Shown here piece after piece: positions 1 to 9,135 of a stretch of 35,015 nucleotides of DNA (positions within the stretch are counted from its first letter, which is position 1; each line of letters opens with the position of its first letter). The notes beneath the pieces were generated by a model. It worked only from the letters and a program-made list of their open reading frames with translations. It was not told where the DNA came from and did no database searches. A program made the translations under genes and the position numbers. The DNA comes from Desulfobia sp. Its GTDB lineage: Bacteria > Desulfobacterota > Desulfobulbia > Desulfobulbales > SURF-16. The stretch lies in contig JBEPXR010000005.1 in the NCBI GenBank assembly GCA_041641775.1, forward strand, positions 1 to 35,015, in the 5' to 3' direction.

Positions 1-1
1 C

Positions 2-532
2 GATAATCGCCGGCCGGTGAATTACGAGTTGCGGCGCCTTCTGTTGACCGAGTTGCAGACCGGGTTTTCGTCCGGAGAGAGAAACAACCTGATCAGGGAC
101 ATGGTGGACAATATTGAGGACGGCAGAATTAAGCTTTATCTGACCTGGAGAGTCATTGATTTCAGAAGAAATCAACCTGAAATCTTCCAACAGGGCCGGT
201 ATCTGCCTCTTGAAGTAAATGGACCCCTTTCAGAGCATATCTGCGCCTTCGCCCGTTATTCGGAGGACGGCATGATTATAGCAGCCGTTCCTAGGCTGCT
301 GGGCACTCTTCTGGGCAGCAACCATCCGGCACCCCTCGGAGACGAAGTGTGGGGGGAGACAGGGATAAACCTGCCGGAGGAATTCAGTGGTACCGGTCTC
401 ACCTGTCTGATGACCGGGGACGAGAGGCCGGTTCGAGAGATGGACGGGGAAAAATGGCTGCTGGCTGCGGACATTTTTTCATCCTTTCCGGTTGCACTTC
501 TTTACAGGTTACCGTTGTCAGAAGAAGTTTGA
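2..532 (+). CDS. treY: malto-oligosyltrehalose synthase (TreY), C-terminal fragment; the 5' end lies outside the window
   Basis: The frame is open from the window edge. Codons 2-16 read DNRRP ahead of the GTG listed at 17, so the gene is truncated by the window. DNRRPVxY...RRLL and the following GRIKLYLTWRV...ICAFARY region match what I recognise as the conserved C-terminal part of GH13 TreY. treZ and treT lie in the same window. Confidence 0.8.
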   Translation, partial: DNRRPVNYELRRLLLTELQTGFSSGERNNLIRDMVDNIEDGRIKLYLTWRVIDFRRNQPEIFQQGRYLPLEVNGPLSEHICAFARYSEDGMIIAAVPRLLGTLLGSNHPAPLGDEVWGETGINLPEEFSGTGLTCLMTGDERPVREMDGEKWLLAADIFSSFPVALLYRLPLSEEV

Positions 533-604
533 ATCGAGAATGATCTTTTGTACACTTTTGGATACAGAGGGGCAAAATTCCAACCAGCAAAACGGGATGA
601 GATA

Positions 605-3600
605 ATGAAGAAAATCTTAATAAATAATCTCAAAGCCGTTATCCTTGATCTGGACGGCGTGATGACCGATACCGCCATGCTCCACGCCAGAGCCTGGAAA
701 GAGACCTTTGATGATTATCTCTCCGGGCGCTCCGGGGAATACTCCCCCTTTTCTCTGGAGCGGGATTATCCTGAGTACGTGGATGGTAAGTCCAGGCTGG
801 ATGGAGTGCGTGATTTTCTCTCCTCCCGGCAAATTGAACTCCCCGAGGGCGGTGAAGACGATGAGCCTGGAACGGAAACTGTTCAGGGACTGGCTGCCAG
901 CAAAAATGCCCTCTTTCTCGATCTCCTTAAAAAAGAGGGTATAAGCCCCTTCCCTGATGCAGTGGAGTTCATCCGGCGTCTGCGGGAGAGCGGACTGAAG
1001 GCAGGCCTGGTATCAGCAAGTCGCAATGCCGGCCGGGTTTTGGAAGCCGCCGGAATCAGTGATCTCTTTGATGTCCGGGTGGATGGCGAGGTTGCCCATA
1101 CCATGGGATTGGCAGGAAAGCCTGCCCCGGACATCTTTCTGGAAGCAGCCCGACAGCTTGGTGTGGAGCCCGAAGACAGCGCCCTTGTGGAGGATGCTGC
1201 GGCAGGAATCGAGGCTGCCCGGAGAGCCGGCTTTGCCAAGATTATCGGGATAGCCCGCCAAGGCAATGATTACCGGCTTGCCCAAAAAGGGGCGGAAATC
1301 ATTGTTGAGAATTTCGGTCAGCTCTGTTTTTTTTCCAGAGATATCCCGGCTGCTCAGGCAGCCAGGATACTTGGGGAGGCGGGGGACAGGGAACCTGTTC
1401 TTTTTCTGGATTATGACGGTACCCTTACTCCCATCGTCGAACGCCCCGATCAGGCCCGGCTTTCCACCAGGATGCGCTCCCTGCTCAAGCGTTTAAGCAG
1501 GGATATGACCGTTGCCATATTTTCCGGCCGGGATATGGATGATCTGAAGAAAAGAGTCAATGTTGATTCGGTCTATTACGCCGGAAGCCATGGCATGCGC
1601 ATACAGGGACCGGGTATCGAGGCCTGGGAGCATCCTGAGGCCCGGAATGCGAAGCCGGCCCTGAAAGAGGCGGCGCAGCAATTGAGAGAGGAACTCGGAG
1701 AGATTCGGGGAGTCGAGGTTGAGGAGAAATATTATTCCCTGGCCGTCCATTTCCGGAGAGTGGACTCGGACAGGAAACCTGATATCAAAGAAACCGCTGC
1801 CAGGATAGGCCGGGAGAAAGGGTTGCGGGAGACGGGTGGCAAAGAGATAGTGGAGCTGCGCCCTGACCTGGACTGGGACAAGGGAAAGGCGGTGGGCAAG
1901 TTGAGGTCCATACTGGGAATCGACTCTGAGGCGTATTTTTCTGTTTTCATTGGCGATGACCTCACCGATGAGGACGGATTTGACGCGGTCAGTGAAGAGG
2001 GTGCTGGTATACTTGTAGGCTGCCGGCGGGTCACCAATGCCCGCTACCGGTTGGAAAGTTATCGGGAAGTAGGGGTCTTTCTTGAACTTTTGACTCAATG
2101 GGATCCGATACATGATGAGTGGACCCTGGTCTACAATTCGTACAACCCCGAGGAGGAAAGTCTGCGTGAAGTTATCTGCGCTCTGGGAAACGGCTGTTTT
2201 GTTACCAGGGCCGCCGCTCCGGAAACCAGGGACGACGGCCTTCACTATCCAGGAACCTACCTGGCCGGGGGATACAATCGACTGACAACCGAGATCGAGG
2301 GACGTGAGGTCGAGAATGAAGATCTGGTGAATCAAGTCAACTGGCTGCCCCTGGCGGTCAGGGCAGAGGACGGAGAATGGCTCCATATTGACACGAGCAC
2401 GATACTCTCCTTCAGGCAGGAACTGGACTTGAAGGGCGGGGTGCTCAGGAGACATATTCGTTTCCAGGATCAGGCTGAGAGAATTTTCTCCTGGCATGAA
2501 CGGCGTCTGGTAAGCATGGATGCCCCCCATTACGCCGCCCTGGAAGTGGAGATTACCGCGGAGAACTGGGCCGGAAAGCTGGAAATCTGGTCGGCTCTTG
2601 ACGGTGATCTGGTCAATAACGGAGTAAGCCGCTATCAGGATTTGAACAGCCAGCACCTTGAGGTTGTTATGGCGGAGGAACGGTCTCAGGATTTGAGCCT
2701 GGTCCATACCAGGACCAACCAGTCCAGTCTGGAAGTGGCGGTCTGCAGCCGTACCCGATTCTATGACGGGAAGAAAACATTGACCCCCGAAAGCCGGAAG
2801 GAGGGGAGTGGCGCTTCCACCTCCAGAATTTGCGTGCTTTCAATAGAGCAGGGTAGCAGGATAACGGTCGAAAAAATAGCAGCCCTTTACAGTTCCAGAG
2901 ACCGGGCCATAACGGAGCCGGTAGCCGAAGCCTATGGGGCGGCAAAACGTGCCCCCCGTTTTCAGGCCCTTCTCGAAGATCACTGTCGGGCCTGGAGGCA
3001 CCTTTGGGAGGAATGTGATCTCAGGATTTCCTGCCAGGATGGCAGCGAAGAGACCCTCGTCAAGATGAGGTTCAACATCTTTCACCTCATCCAGACCAGC
3101 TCGCCTCATATCATCGATCTCGACGTGGGAGTTCCGGCTCGGGGCTGGCATGGTGAAGCCTACCGTGGTCATATTTTCTGGGATGAACTCTTTATTTTTC
3201 CCTTCCTCAATTTCCGTCTGCCCATTCTGACCCGTTCACTCCTGCTTTACCGTTTCAGGAGACTGCCTGCCGCCCGCAGAGCTGCGGCAGCCACCGGAGC
3301 CAAGGGCGCCATGTATCCCTGGCAGAGCGGTAGTGACGGAAGAGAAGAAACCCAGACCCTGCATCTCAATCCCCAGTCAAATCGGTGGATTCCGGATAAT
3401 TCCCATCGGCAGCGCCATATTAACAGTGCCATTGCCTATAATATCTGGCGCTACTATGAGGCAACCGAGGACAATGAGTTTCTCTATTACTACGGAGCGG
3501 AGATTTTGCTGGAAATCGCCCGTTTCTGGGCAAGCATAGTTAGCTATAACGAGTCGCTGGACCGCTATGAAATCAAAGGGGTTATGGGACCGGACGAATT

Positions 3601-4546
3601 CCACACGGCCTACCCTGACCATGACCCGGAGCAGGAGGGAGGAATCGATAACAACAGTTATACCAATCTTATGACCTGCTGGGTCCTGCACAAAGCCTGC
3701 CGGGTCACTGAACTGCTGCCCAATGAGCGCCGAAGCCGGATTTTTGAAGATATAGGCCTCAAGGAAGAAGAGATTAAAAAGTGGGACGAGATCAGTCGTA
3801 AGCTTAGAATCGTTTTTCAGAAGGGAGGGATAATAAGTCAGTTTGAGGGGTATGAAAAACTCGAAGAACTGGATTGGGATCACTACCGGGAGAAGTATGG
3901 AGATATCCAGCGGCTGGACCGGATTCTGGAAGCAGAAGGGGATACGCCCAACCGCTATAAGGTGGCAAAACAGGCTGATGTTCTGATGCTCTTTTATCTT
4001 TTCACGGCTGATGAATTGAGCTTTCTCTTTGAATACCTGGGATATTCGTTTGATTCCCAGTCCATACCAGAAAACATCAACTACTACCTGCAGCGAACCT
4101 CCCACGGCTCCACCTTGAGCAGAGTCGTTCACAGCTGGCTTCTGGCCCGTACAGATCGGCAGGGATCCTGGCAGTTATTCCGCGAGGCCTTGAACAGCGA
4201 TATTCATGACATCCAGGACGGTTCCACTGCAGAGGGCATCCACACCGGTGCAATGTCCGGCACGGTCGATATAATGAATCGCTGCTATACGGGTCTGGAA
4301 ACCAGTCTGTCTACGCTGCATTTTAATCCTCAGCTTCCTGCGGATGTAAAATGTCTTAATATGAATCTCCGTTACCGTGAAAATAAACTGGCGGTGGAAA
4401 TCAACAGGCACTGGCTGCAGGTGGAGAGTTCCTCCAGTCTGAACCGTCCGGTGGGAATTTCCTACCGGGGAGATGCCCGGAAGCTTGCCCCCGGGGAACG
4501 GATTTATTTTCGGCTGGTCGGTGACAGTCAGAACGGAGAAGGATAG
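605..4546 (+). CDS. three-domain fusion: beta-phosphoglucomutase-like HAD + trehalose-6-phosphate phosphatase (OtsB-like HAD) + GH65 disaccharide phosphorylase
   Basis: The listed ORF begins at TTG 548. I prefer ATG 605 (MKKILINNLKAVILDLDGVMTDT). The beta-PGM motifs present are DLDGVMTDT, LVSASRN, AGKPAPDIF and EDAAAGIEAA. The OtsB motifs are LFLDYDGTLTPI, AIFSGR, DKGKAV and GDDLTDEDGF. The GH65 region includes WHGEAYRGHIFWDELFIFPF and a long alpha/alpha-toroid-like C-terminal part. It is one uninterrupted frame. Confidence 0.85.
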   Translation: MKKILINNLKAVILDLDGVMTDTAMLHARAWKETFDDYLSGRSGEYSPFSLERDYPEYVDGKSRLDGVRDFLSSRQIELPEGGEDDEPGTETVQGLAASKNALFLDLLKKEGISPFPDAVEFIRRLRESGLKAGLVSASRNAGRVLEAAGISDLFDVRVDGEVAHTMGLAGKPAPDIFLEAARQLGVEPEDSALVEDAAAGIEAARRAGFAKIIGIARQGNDYRLAQKGAEIIVENFGQLCFFSRDIPAAQAARILGEAGDREPVLFLDYDGTLTPIVERPDQARLSTRMRSLLKRLSRDMTVAIFSGRDMDDLKKRVNVDSVYYAGSHGMRIQGPGIEAWEHPEARNAKPALKEAAQQLREELGEIRGVEVEEKYYSLAVHFRRVDSDRKPDIKETAARIGREKGLRETGGKEIVELRPDLDWDKGKAVGKLRSILGIDSEAYFSVFIGDDLTDEDGFDAVSEEGAGILVGCRRVTNARYRLESYREVGVFLELLTQWDPIHDEWTLVYNSYNPEEESLREVICALGNGCFVTRAAAPETRDDGLHYPGTYLAGGYNRLTTEIEGREVENEDLVNQVNWLPLAVRAEDGEWLHIDTSTILSFRQELDLKGGVLRRHIRFQDQAERIFSWHERRLVSMDAPHYAALEVEITAENWAGKLEIWSALDGDLVNNGVSRYQDLNSQHLEVVMAEERSQDLSLVHTRTNQSSLEVAVCSRTRFYDGKKTLTPESRKEGSGASTSRICVLSIEQGSRITVEKIAALYSSRDRAITEPVAEAYGAAKRAPRFQALLEDHCRAWRHLWEECDLRISCQDGSEETLVKMRFNIFHLIQTSSPHIIDLDVGVPARGWHGEAYRGHIFWDELFIFPFLNFRLPILTRSLLLYRFRRLPAARRAAAATGAKGAMYPWQSGSDGREETQTLHLNPQSNRWIPDNSHRQRHINSAIAYNIWRYYEATEDNEFLYYYGAEILLEIARFWASIVSYNESLDRYEIKGVMGPDEFHTAYPDHDPEQEGGIDNNSYTNLMTCWVLHKACRVTELLPNERRSRIFEDIGLKEEEIKKWDEISRKLRIVFQKGGIISQFEGYEKLEELDWDHYREKYGDIQRLDRILEAEGDTPNRYKVAKQADVLMLFYLFTADELSFLFEYLGYSFDSQSIPENINYYLQRTSHGSTLSRVVHSWLLARTDRQGSWQLFREALNSDIHDIQDGSTAEGIHTGAMSGTVDIMNRCYTGLETSLSTLHFNPQLPADVKCLNMNLRYRENKLAVEINRHWLQVESSSSLNRPVGISYRGDARKLAPGERIYFRLVGDSQNGEG

Positions 4547-4675
4547 ATGGCGTTGTGATCGCTTCTTCCGGATTTTTTCGGCAGAGGGCGTGTTCCCGCC
4601 TGAATGCAGGTCGAAGAAACTTTATACACCGCTTAATGCGGAAGTGGTAGGAGTTATTTAGCCAAGGAGAAGATC

Positions 4676-5362
4676 ATGAATCCGGAAAGACATGAAGGAA
4701 CACAGGCTGTTGATGAGAGTGTTTTTGAAATTAAGGATTGTGCGCTGATAGCCATAGCCACGGGAGAAAGTGCTGCCACCTTGAAAGAGCTTCTCAATGT
4801 GATCAGCCATATAACGTCTGCCAGCATTTACCACCATTTCTGGGGAGGACTGCTTCTGCCCCGCTTTGAAGAACGGGAATTCAACAATGATTTTGCTTCC
4901 TGGGCCAAGCGGAAGCTGGATGACGATAAACTTGCCGAACAGCTCGCCCTGATCTCGCCCACTGATTATCCCGATCTGGACGCACTGCGCCAGGCACTTA
5001 TAGATGTCATCATGGAAAGAATGAATGAGTACGACTGCCTGCCCTGGCTCCCTGCCTCGACTGAACTGGAGTTTCTCCGTTCTCAGATTGTGGTCTTTGA
5101 TACCCATGTACGGGTGACCAGACCGCGGGAGCTGGCCGATGTCATTCCTGATCTGTCGCCCAGTACGATCTTTTATCATTTTATCGACTCCCGCAGGAGG
5201 ACGGCCGATGGAATCGATGATTTCCGGGCCTGGCTTGCCAACTGGGAGGAGTGCAGCGGCCTCTGCAACAAGTTGGCCGATATAGATCCCTATTTCGATA
5301 CCTTAAACAAACTGAGAAGCCAGATTACTGCAGTTTTTACTGATTTTTTCAAGGGGGGATGA
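4676..5362 (+). CDS. conserved hypothetical protein, DUF5752-like, apparently partnered with TreT
   Basis: ATG 4676 follows AAGGAGAAG. The stop lies 6 nt before the treT start. No catalytic motif is recognisable. The DUF5752 assignment is from memory of similar TreT-adjacent proteins, not from a search. Confidence 0.55.
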   Translation: MNPERHEGTQAVDESVFEIKDCALIAIATGESAATLKELLNVISHITSASIYHHFWGGLLLPRFEEREFNNDFASWAKRKLDDDKLAEQLALISPTDYPDLDALRQALIDVIMERMNEYDCLPWLPASTELEFLRSQIVVFDTHVRVTRPRELADVIPDLSPSTIFYHFIDSRRRTADGIDDFRAWLANWEECSGLCNKLADIDPYFDTLNKLRSQITAVFTDFFKGG

Positions 5363-5368
5363 AAAGAT

Positions 5369-6610
5369 ATGACCAGTCTTCTTGATGCGTATGCCCAGGT
5401 TGCCGGGGGTGATTCCATAAGGCACCTGCAGCAGCTTTCCGAGCCGTTGCAGGGAATGAAGGTCGTTCACGTTAATTCCACCAGACTGGGGGGAGGAGTG
5501 GCCGAGATTCTCACCAAGCTTGTTCCTTTGACCAGGGAATTGGGGATTGATGCCCATTGGGAGGTGATTACCGGTGACGAGGATTTTTTTCACTGCACCA
5601 AGTCCATGCATAATGCTTTACAGGGAATGGCCGCCGATATTCCAGCCAGGCTCCTGGATAAATACGTTGAAATCAATGCCCGGAATGCCGAGGAGCTCAG
5701 GTCCACCCTGGAGGAGGCGGATTTTGTCTTCATCCATGATCCCCAGCCGGCCGCTCTGCTGCACTTCTGCCCCGATCGCAAGGGCACCTGGGTCTGGCGC
5801 TGCCATATAGACGCCAGCCGTCCCTACCTGCCGGTCTGGAAGTTTCTGAGACAGTATATAAGACATTACGACGCCAGCATCTTCTCCCTGGCTAAATTTT
5901 CCCAGTCCCTGCCGCATGCCCAATACATTATTCCGCCAAGTATAGATCCCTTAAGCGATAAGAATATCGATCTAAGCAGGGAGGAACTCCAGAAGATAAG
6001 CAAGAACTACCAGCTTGAGGAGAAGCACCCGCTGCTCGTCCAAGTCTCCCGATTCGACCGCTTCAAGGACCCAATCGGGGTCATCAGGGCCTACCAGATG
6101 GCCAAACGCTTCATGCCCTCCCTTTACTTGATACTGGCCGGTGGGGAGGCGACCGATGACCCGGAGGGCGCTGAAGTGCTGGGCGAGGTGAGGGAAGCGG
6201 CGGCTGGCGATGACTCCATCCAGATCCTGCTCCTCCCTCCGGATGCTCACCGCATCGTCAACGGACTGCAGCGGATGGCCGACATCGTCATCCAGAAATC
6301 AACCAGGGAAGGCTTCGGCCTCACCGTTACCGAGGGAATGTGGAAAGGAAAGCCGGTAATCGGAGGAAATGCCGGCGGGATAGCCCAGCAGGTCATCGAT
6401 CACCAGACCGGCTACCTGGTTAATTCCCCGGAAGGAGCAGCTTTGCGGATCCGTTATCTTCTCCACAATCCCGGTAAGCTGGAGGAGATCAGTATCAAGG
6501 CCAAGGATTTCGTCCGGGAAAATTTCCTGCTCACCCGGCAGTTGCGTGAGCATTTGACTCTGATCGTGGGCATGCTTCACGGAGCAAGGGATCGTATCGT
6601 TTTGGGCTGA
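5369..6610 (+). CDS. treT: trehalose glycosyltransferring synthase TreT (GT4 family)
   Basis: Blocks match archaeal and bacterial TreT as I recall it from Thermococcus litoralis: HVNSTRLGGGVAEIL, FHNALQG-like MHNALQG, HDPQPAAL, WRCHID, PPSIDPLS, QVSRFD and REGFGLTVTEGMWKGKPVIG. Confidence 0.9.
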   Translation: MTSLLDAYAQVAGGDSIRHLQQLSEPLQGMKVVHVNSTRLGGGVAEILTKLVPLTRELGIDAHWEVITGDEDFFHCTKSMHNALQGMAADIPARLLDKYVEINARNAEELRSTLEEADFVFIHDPQPAALLHFCPDRKGTWVWRCHIDASRPYLPVWKFLRQYIRHYDASIFSLAKFSQSLPHAQYIIPPSIDPLSDKNIDLSREELQKISKNYQLEEKHPLLVQVSRFDRFKDPIGVIRAYQMAKRFMPSLYLILAGGEATDDPEGAEVLGEVREAAAGDDSIQILLLPPDAHRIVNGLQRMADIVIQKSTREGFGLTVTEGMWKGKPVIGGNAGGIAQQVIDHQTGYLVNSPEGAALRIRYLLHNPGKLEEISIKAKDFVRENFLLTRQLREHLTLIVGMLHGARDRIVLG

Positions 6611-6617
6611 TGGTATC

Positions 6618-7508
6618 TCAGCTGTGGCTTTTTCCCGCAGCACTCTTAAAACCGGCCACCAGATCGAGAAGTTCGCTGGTAATCACTGACTGGCGCAACT
6701 GCCGGTAGTCGCCCCGCAATTCTTCGAGATGTTCTTTTATGTTTTTCTCCGCCTGCTGCAGGGACTGCAGACGGCTGGCCTGTTCACTGGCCAGCGACTG
6801 GGCCTGGGCCCTGAAAATGGCGACAAACAGAAACTGCCGGATGAGATTGCTGACCATCCTGTCGGCGTCTTCGGCAAAATATGGTAAACAGCGGCTGGGC
6901 CAGGGACGTTCGGTCAACTCCTGCAATTTCCGGTGGCCGAGGGGGAAGAGGGGAAGATGCCGGGGTTGGGCCGTGCTGCCGGTCTGTTCATGGTAGTTGA
7001 AGAGCAGGTCGATTTTATCCCTTCCCCCACTTTCGCGCCAGGAGGAGATCTCCAGGACTATTTCCATGATGTGGCGGTTTATTCCTTCGATGGAGCCGGG
7101 GGACCAGAAGCTTTTTATGATGTTATAGCCTTCGCTTTGCAGACGGTTTCGGATTCTGGCCCCGGTAACCAGCAGGGAAACCCCCTTCTCAGGGAGGGTT
7201 TCCCCTTTTATCTTCTGGAGAAATTCCACCAGTTTTTCATTGAAACGACCGCAGAGGCCCTGGTCGGAGCCGAAAACAACCAGCAGGTGTCCTCCCTCCT
7301 GTTTTCTCACCTGCTTTCTGGTAGACTCGGCTTCATTGATTACAGCGGAAAGACCTTTCTCAATCGTTTCCAGATAGGTATCCAATGAGCCGGCCGCCTC
7401 TTCATACTGATGGATATTGACCGCAGCCATAGTTTTCATGGTCTTGACAATGGACTGGAGTCCGGTTGCGGTACTGATTTTTTTTTCCAGTTGATGTAAG
7501 TTGGCCAT
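6618..7508 (-). CDS. atpG: N-type F-ATPase gamma subunit
   Basis: The N-terminus is MANLHQLEKKISTATGLQSIVKTMKTMAAV and the C-terminal coiled helix is ITSELLDLVAG. It is the last gene of the atpDCQRBEFAG-ordered operon. Confidence 0.9.
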   Translation of the reverse strand: MANLHQLEKKISTATGLQSIVKTMKTMAAVNIHQYEEAAGSLDTYLETIEKGLSAVINEAESTRKQVRKQEGGHLLVVFGSDQGLCGRFNEKLVEFLQKIKGETLPEKGVSLLVTGARIRNRLQSEGYNIIKSFWSPGSIEGINRHIMEIVLEISSWRESGGRDKIDLLFNYHEQTGSTAQPRHLPLFPLGHRKLQELTERPWPSRCLPYFAEDADRMVSNLIRQFLFVAIFRAQAQSLASEQASRLQSLQQAEKNIKEHLEELRGDYRQLRQSVITSELLDLVAGFKSAAGKSHS

Positions 7509-7521
7509 TTTTGTTGCCGGG

Positions 7522-9060
7522 CTAGTTGTCCTCTTTATTTTCCGTTTCCAGCAGGCCTGCTTCTTCTAAAGCATTGCGGCTGATGTTAATCAGCCTGTCC
7601 TGCCGATCCTCACTCAGTTCCTCGTCACCGGAGATGGATGATCTGATTTCCTCTGCCTGGCTTTCCAGAGCCTTGCGGATTTCGTTCTCGGCCTTGGCCA
7701 TATCATCAAGGTCTATCTCATCAAAAAGACCTCTGTTCAGAATCAGCATGGTAACCACCTGCTCGTAATCTTTTCTGGGATTGTAGCGATGCTGGCGCAG
7801 CAGCTCCCGGAGGCGTTTTCCCCTTTCCAGAGCCTGTCTGGTTTTTTCGTCGAGTCGGGTGGCAAACCGTGAGAAACTTTCCAGTTCCTCGAATTGGGAG
7901 TAGGACAGCTTAAGCTCGCCCACCAGGCCTTTAAACGCGGGCCTCTGCGCCTTGCCGCCCACCCGTGATACCGATCTGCCCACATCTACCGCCGGCAGCA
8001 TGCCTTTGGAAAACAGCTCGGGAGAAAGATAGATCTGGCCATCGGTTATGGAAATGAGGTTCGTGGGTATGTAGGCGGAAAGATTCTGCTCTTCTGTTTC
8101 AATGATCGGCAGGGCGGTGAGAGAGCCGCCGCCCTTGTCATTACGCAGGTGGGTGGAGCGTTCCAGAAGCCGGGAGTGGATATAGAAGATATCACCGGGG
8201 TAAGCTTCTCTGCCCGGAGGATGCTCGAGGAGCAGGGAGAGCTCCCGGTAGGCCCTGGCGTGTCTGGTCAAATCATCATAGACGATCAGAATATCCTTGC
8301 CCTCTTTCATGAAATGTTCCGCGATGGAAGTGGCGGCATAGGGCGTAATAAACTGCAGACCGGGACCTTTTTCACCTCCAGCCACCATAACGATTGTGTA
8401 TTCCATGGCGCCATTTTTCTCAAGCTCATGGATGACTCTGGCCATGGCCGATTCTCTCTGTCCTATGGCGACATAAATGCAGATGACGTCCTTGCCCTTC
8501 TGGTTGGCTATGGTGTCAAGGCCGATTGCGGTTTTGCCGGTCTGGCGGTCTCCCAGGATGAGTTCCCTCTGGCCTTTTCCCACCGGAATAAGGGTGTCAA
8601 TAACCTTGATTCCTGTTTCCAGAGGCGAGGAGACCGGAGCCCGATCCATAATGGCAGGGGCAGTTCTTTCAACTGGCAGGCGTTCGTCGGTATCCAGCGG
8701 CCCCCTGTTATCCAGTATCTCTTCGGTTGCGGTAAAGACTCGTCCAAGTAAACCCGAACCTACGCCTATATCAACGACCCTCCGCAATCTTTTTACTTCC
8801 ATGCCCGCCCGTATGCTGGTGGAATGACCGAGCAGAATCAGTCCGACACTGTCTGCTTTCAACGTCGCCACCATGGCCCGTGTGCCGTCTTCGCACTCCA
8901 CCAGTTCCTCAAAACCTATTGACCCGAGTCCGGCAGCCCAGACAATGGGGCCGGTTACGGAAGTTATATGACCGGTATCCTCCTGTTTTATTCCTGTCTG
9001 GTGCGAAGATATGGCTTTATTGAAAGCCCTTTCCTGATTTTCCCTGGTTTTTTCGAGCAT
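7522..9060 (-). CDS. atpA: N-type F-ATPase alpha subunit
   Basis: Carries Walker A GDRQTGKTAIGLDTI, plus ILIVYDDLTRHARAYRELSLLL and PGREAYPGDIFYIHSRLLER. Confidence 0.95.
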   Translation of the reverse strand: MLEKTRENQERAFNKAISSHQTGIKQEDTGHITSVTGPIVWAAGLGSIGFEELVECEDGTRAMVATLKADSVGLILLGHSTSIRAGMEVKRLRRVVDIGVGSGLLGRVFTATEEILDNRGPLDTDERLPVERTAPAIMDRAPVSSPLETGIKVIDTLIPVGKGQRELILGDRQTGKTAIGLDTIANQKGKDVICIYVAIGQRESAMARVIHELEKNGAMEYTIVMVAGGEKGPGLQFITPYAATSIAEHFMKEGKDILIVYDDLTRHARAYRELSLLLEHPPGREAYPGDIFYIHSRLLERSTHLRNDKGGGSLTALPIIETEEQNLSAYIPTNLISITDGQIYLSPELFSKGMLPAVDVGRSVSRVGGKAQRPAFKGLVGELKLSYSQFEELESFSRFATRLDEKTRQALERGKRLRELLRQHRYNPRKDYEQVVTMLILNRGLFDEIDLDDMAKAENEIRKALESQAEEIRSSISGDEELSEDRQDRLINISRNALEEAGLLETENKEDN

Positions 9061-9135
9061 AGTAGTATGAGTTTGGATTTTCCGAATGCGCTGACGGCCG
9101 CACCTGCAGGAGCTCAGGCCGAGGGTATATGTTTT

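Noticed and set aside
1493-2707. 404-aa ORF antisense to the tri-domain fusion gene. The 251-aa ORF at 3377-4132 is similar.
   Set aside because: It lies entirely inside, and opposite to, a gene with strong motif support. The translation is low-complexity and Pro/Gly/Arg/Ser-rich with no recognisable motifs. It is a typical shadow ORF.
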